A program made the position numbers and the translations under genes. A model generated the notes under the pieces. The model saw nothing but the letters and a program-made list of their open reading frames with translations. It was not told the origin of the DNA and did not search any database. This document shows, piece by piece, positions 61,801 to 64,000 of a stretch of 64,000 nt of DNA (its first letter is position 1; every line of letters starts with the position of its first letter). Where the stretch lies: assembly GCA_963718615.1 (NCBI GenBank), contig OY970368.1, positions 4,256,001 through 4,320,000 on the forward strand, given 5' to 3'. The stretch is from an uncultured cyanobacterium. GTDB lineage: Bacteria; Cyanobacteriota; Cyanobacteriia; PCC-9006; JAAUQQ01.

Positions 61801-63189
61801 ATGAGTCGTCCAAAAAAGCTTGCCGTTGCCATCCTTGCCGCTGGAAAAGGCACCCGGATGAAATCTAGCTTGCCAAAGGTCCTGCATCCATTGGGAGGGC
61901 GATCGCTCGTGGAATGGGTCCTTCAGGGACTACGGGAGATGGCGGTCGAACGCACGCTCGTCATCGTGGGCTATCAGGCAGAGGCCGTCAAAACCGCGCT
62001 TGCCGATCAGCCCCAGGTAGAATTTGTTGAACAGCGGGAGCAATTGGGCACGGGCCATGCGGTTCAACAGGTGCTCCCGTACCTGCAGGACTTTGACGGA
62101 GATTTGTTAGTCCTCAATGGGGATGTGCCGCTGCTGCGAGCCGCAACCCTCGCTGACTTGGTTCGCACCCACCAGGACAAGGGCAACGCCGCCACGGTGC
62201 TCACGGCCCATTTGCCCAATCCCAAGGGCTATGGCCGCGTTTTCTGCGATGCCCAGAACCGCTTGACCCAAATTATTGAAGACCGCGACTGTACCCCCGA
62301 GCAGCGAGCCAATGATCGTGTCAATGCCGGGATTTATTGCTTCTCCTGGACAGCCCTGGCCCAAGCGCTGCCCCAGCTCCGCACCGACAACGACCAGCAG
62401 GAGTACTACCTCACCGACGTTGTCCGTCACCTCGACCCGGTTATGGCCTTAGATGTCGTGGACTCCGAAGAAACCCTGGGAATTAACGATCGCAAACAGC
62501 TCGCCCACGCCTACACCATCTTACAGAACCGTCAAAAAGATGCCCTGATGGCCGCCGGGGTGACCCTGATTGACCCCGACAGCATTACCATCGACGACAC
62601 CGTAGAAATTGGGCCAGACGTTGTGATCGAGCCCCAGACCCATTTGCGGGGCAACAGTCGAATTGGCGCAGGCTGCCGGATTGGACCGGGAACGCTGATT
62701 GAAGATAGTGCCATTGGCGATCGCACCACCGTTCTCTTTTCCGTCATTACCCAAAGCCAAGTGGGCAGCGACACCCAGGTCGGCCCCTACAGCCACCTAC
62801 GGGGTCAAGCGCAAATTGGCTCAAGCTGCCGGATTGGCAATTTTGTCGAAATCAAAAGTTCCACCTTGGGCGATCGCACCAACGCCGCCCATCTCTCCTA
62901 CCTAGGCAACGCCGAACTCGGCGAACGGGTCAACATCGGAGCCGGGACGATCACCGCCAACTACGACGGCTACCAGAAACACAAAACCGTGATTGGCGAT
63001 CGCACCAAAACCGGCTCCAACAGCGTCCTAGTAGCCCCCATCACCATCGGCAGCGACGTCACCATCGGCGCAGGCTCAACCCTCACCAGAGACGTCGAAG
63101 ACCAAGCCCTAGTGGTCGCCCGTGCCAAACAGATTGTCAAAACCAACTGGCAACCCAAATCCCAAACGCCAGATACTCCCACCCCCTAG
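61801..63189 (+). CDS. glmU: Bifunctional UDP-GlcNAc pyrophosphorylase / GlcN-1-P acetyltransferase
   Basis: [32 protein letters not shown], hexapeptide repeats. Confidence 0.97.
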   Translation: MSRPKKLAVAILAAGKGTRMKSSLPKVLHPLGGRSLVEWVLQGLREMAVERTLVIVGYQAEAVKTALADQPQVEFVEQREQLGTGHAVQQVLPYLQDFDGDLLVLNGDVPLLRAATLADLVRTHQDKGNAATVLTAHLPNPKGYGRVFCDAQNRLTQIIEDRDCTPEQRANDRVNAGIYCFSWTALAQALPQLRTDNDQQEYYLTDVVRHLDPVMALDVVDSEETLGINDRKQLAHAYTILQNRQKDALMAAGVTLIDPDSITIDDTVEIGPDVVIEPQTHLRGNSRIGAGCRIGPGTLIEDSAIGDRTTVLFSVITQSQVGSDTQVGPYSHLRGQAQIGSSCRIGNFVEIKSSTLGDRTNAAHLSYLGNAELGERVNIGAGTITANYDGYQKHKTVIGDRTKTGSNSVLVAPITIGSDVTIGAGSTLTRDVEDQALVVARAKQIVKTNWQPKSQTPDTPTP

Positions 63190-63231
63190 CCACTCTCTTT
63201 ACCCCATCACCTCTCTCTACCCCATCAACCC

Positions 63232-63417
63232 ATGGCCAGTCTCCTGCTCAAAATCGCGACGGCCTCAGCGCTCCTGTCGCTCCTAATTAAATACGGCGGG
63301 CCTAGGCTATCGTTACCTGCCACGTCTTGGGTGGCAGGACTGATTGTCTTCTCGGTGCCCTTGGGGATGGCCAGCTTTTTAGCTTGGCAAGCTTGGCAAG
63401 CCAGAACACAGCGCTAG
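63232..63417 (+). CDS. Small two-TM hypothetical protein
   Basis: LLIKYGGP.L motif between two hydrophobic helices. Confidence 0.6.
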   Translation: MASLLLKIATASALLSLLIKYGGPRLSLPATSWVAGLIVFSVPLGMASFLAWQAWQARTQR

Positions 63418-63465
63418 GGAGCGCGGGGTCAAGCGCCCCCATGGGGAAATTAATCTGCGTGATCG

Positions 63466-63600
63466 TTAATCTTCGTGATCGTCAAACGGGTCCGTCAACT
63501 GTTTTGCCGGGGGACCAAAGGAGACATAAATCGCAAAGCCTGTCATCAGCACCAGCGCCGCCGCAATGGCGATCCCAATGGAAAGAGCAGTGGAGTCCAT
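63466..63600 (-). CDS. psbN: PsbN
   Basis: MDSTALSIGIAIAAALVLMTGFAIYVSFGPPAKQLTDPFDDHED; divergent from psbH. Confidence 0.95.
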   Translation of the reverse strand: MDSTALSIGIAIAAALVLMTGFAIYVSFGPPAKQLTDPFDDHED

Positions 63601-63856
63601 AAAAGCCCTGTTAAGTCGTGACGATAAATCGAACCTGAAAATCGAAACTGAGAAGATCTCCCTCAAATTGTAACGAAGAGTTACCAAATCGTTATCCCCC
63701 ACCCAGATAGACCAAAGTCAGGCAGCACCAGCCTGCGGGCAGATTCGTGCAAAATTCAGGCCAGGAAACCACTAGCGCGGTTTTCCACCCTGTAGGATAC
63801 TGGTGTTGCGAATGATTAAAATCAGCCTTTTACTCTTTAATAAGCAATAGGTAGCC

Positions 63857-64000
63857 ATGGCACAGAAAACTCGTTTGGGCGATATCCTGCGACCCCTTAA
63901 CTCGGAGTACGGCAAGGTTGCGCCCGGTTGGGGCACAACGCCCGTGATGGGAGGGTTCATGCTCCTGTTTTTCGTCTTTCTGCTGATTATTCTCCAGATC
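63857..64000 (+). CDS. psbH: Photosystem II reaction centre protein H (3' end outside window)
   Basis: Manual translation: [48 protein letters not shown]. Confidence 0.96.
   Translation, partial: MAQKTRLGDILRPLNSEYGKVAPGWGTTPVMGGFMLLFFVFLLIILQI

Overview
Chromosomal window from a HIP1-rich (GCGATCGC) cyanobacterium, probably filamentous given the hetZ-like gene. It is mostly housekeeping: secG, gpmI, trpA, ndhL, larC, a CCA-type nucleotidyltransferase, the ycf46-ycf35 operon, a cysteine desulfurase, coaBC, psbO, sat, ftsH, eda, a dppAB-like pair, glmU, psbN and psbH. There are two tRNAs: Leu-UAA with a group I intron, and Ala-CGC. The most unusual feature is a ~4.5 kb IS200/IS605-type element (44678-49216, minus strand) with both ends and the omega-RNA region apparently intact. 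The middle of its tnpB is replaced by an AT-rich AAA-ATPase + S8 protease (IetAS-like toxin-antitoxin/anti-phage) cassette, with HIP1-like microhomologies at the junctions. A second, ORF-less ~446 bp element of the same family (3914-4359) carries an omega-RNA-like 3' end plus a separate candidate pseudoknotted RNA with a boxA-like motif. Also present: a ~180 bp MITE/REP-like element, a 13-bp tandem array, a Tat-signal pseudo-caspase and a 1367-aa multi-lectin/sugar-dehydrogenase-like protein. All family calls come from motif recognition by eye; no searches were run.
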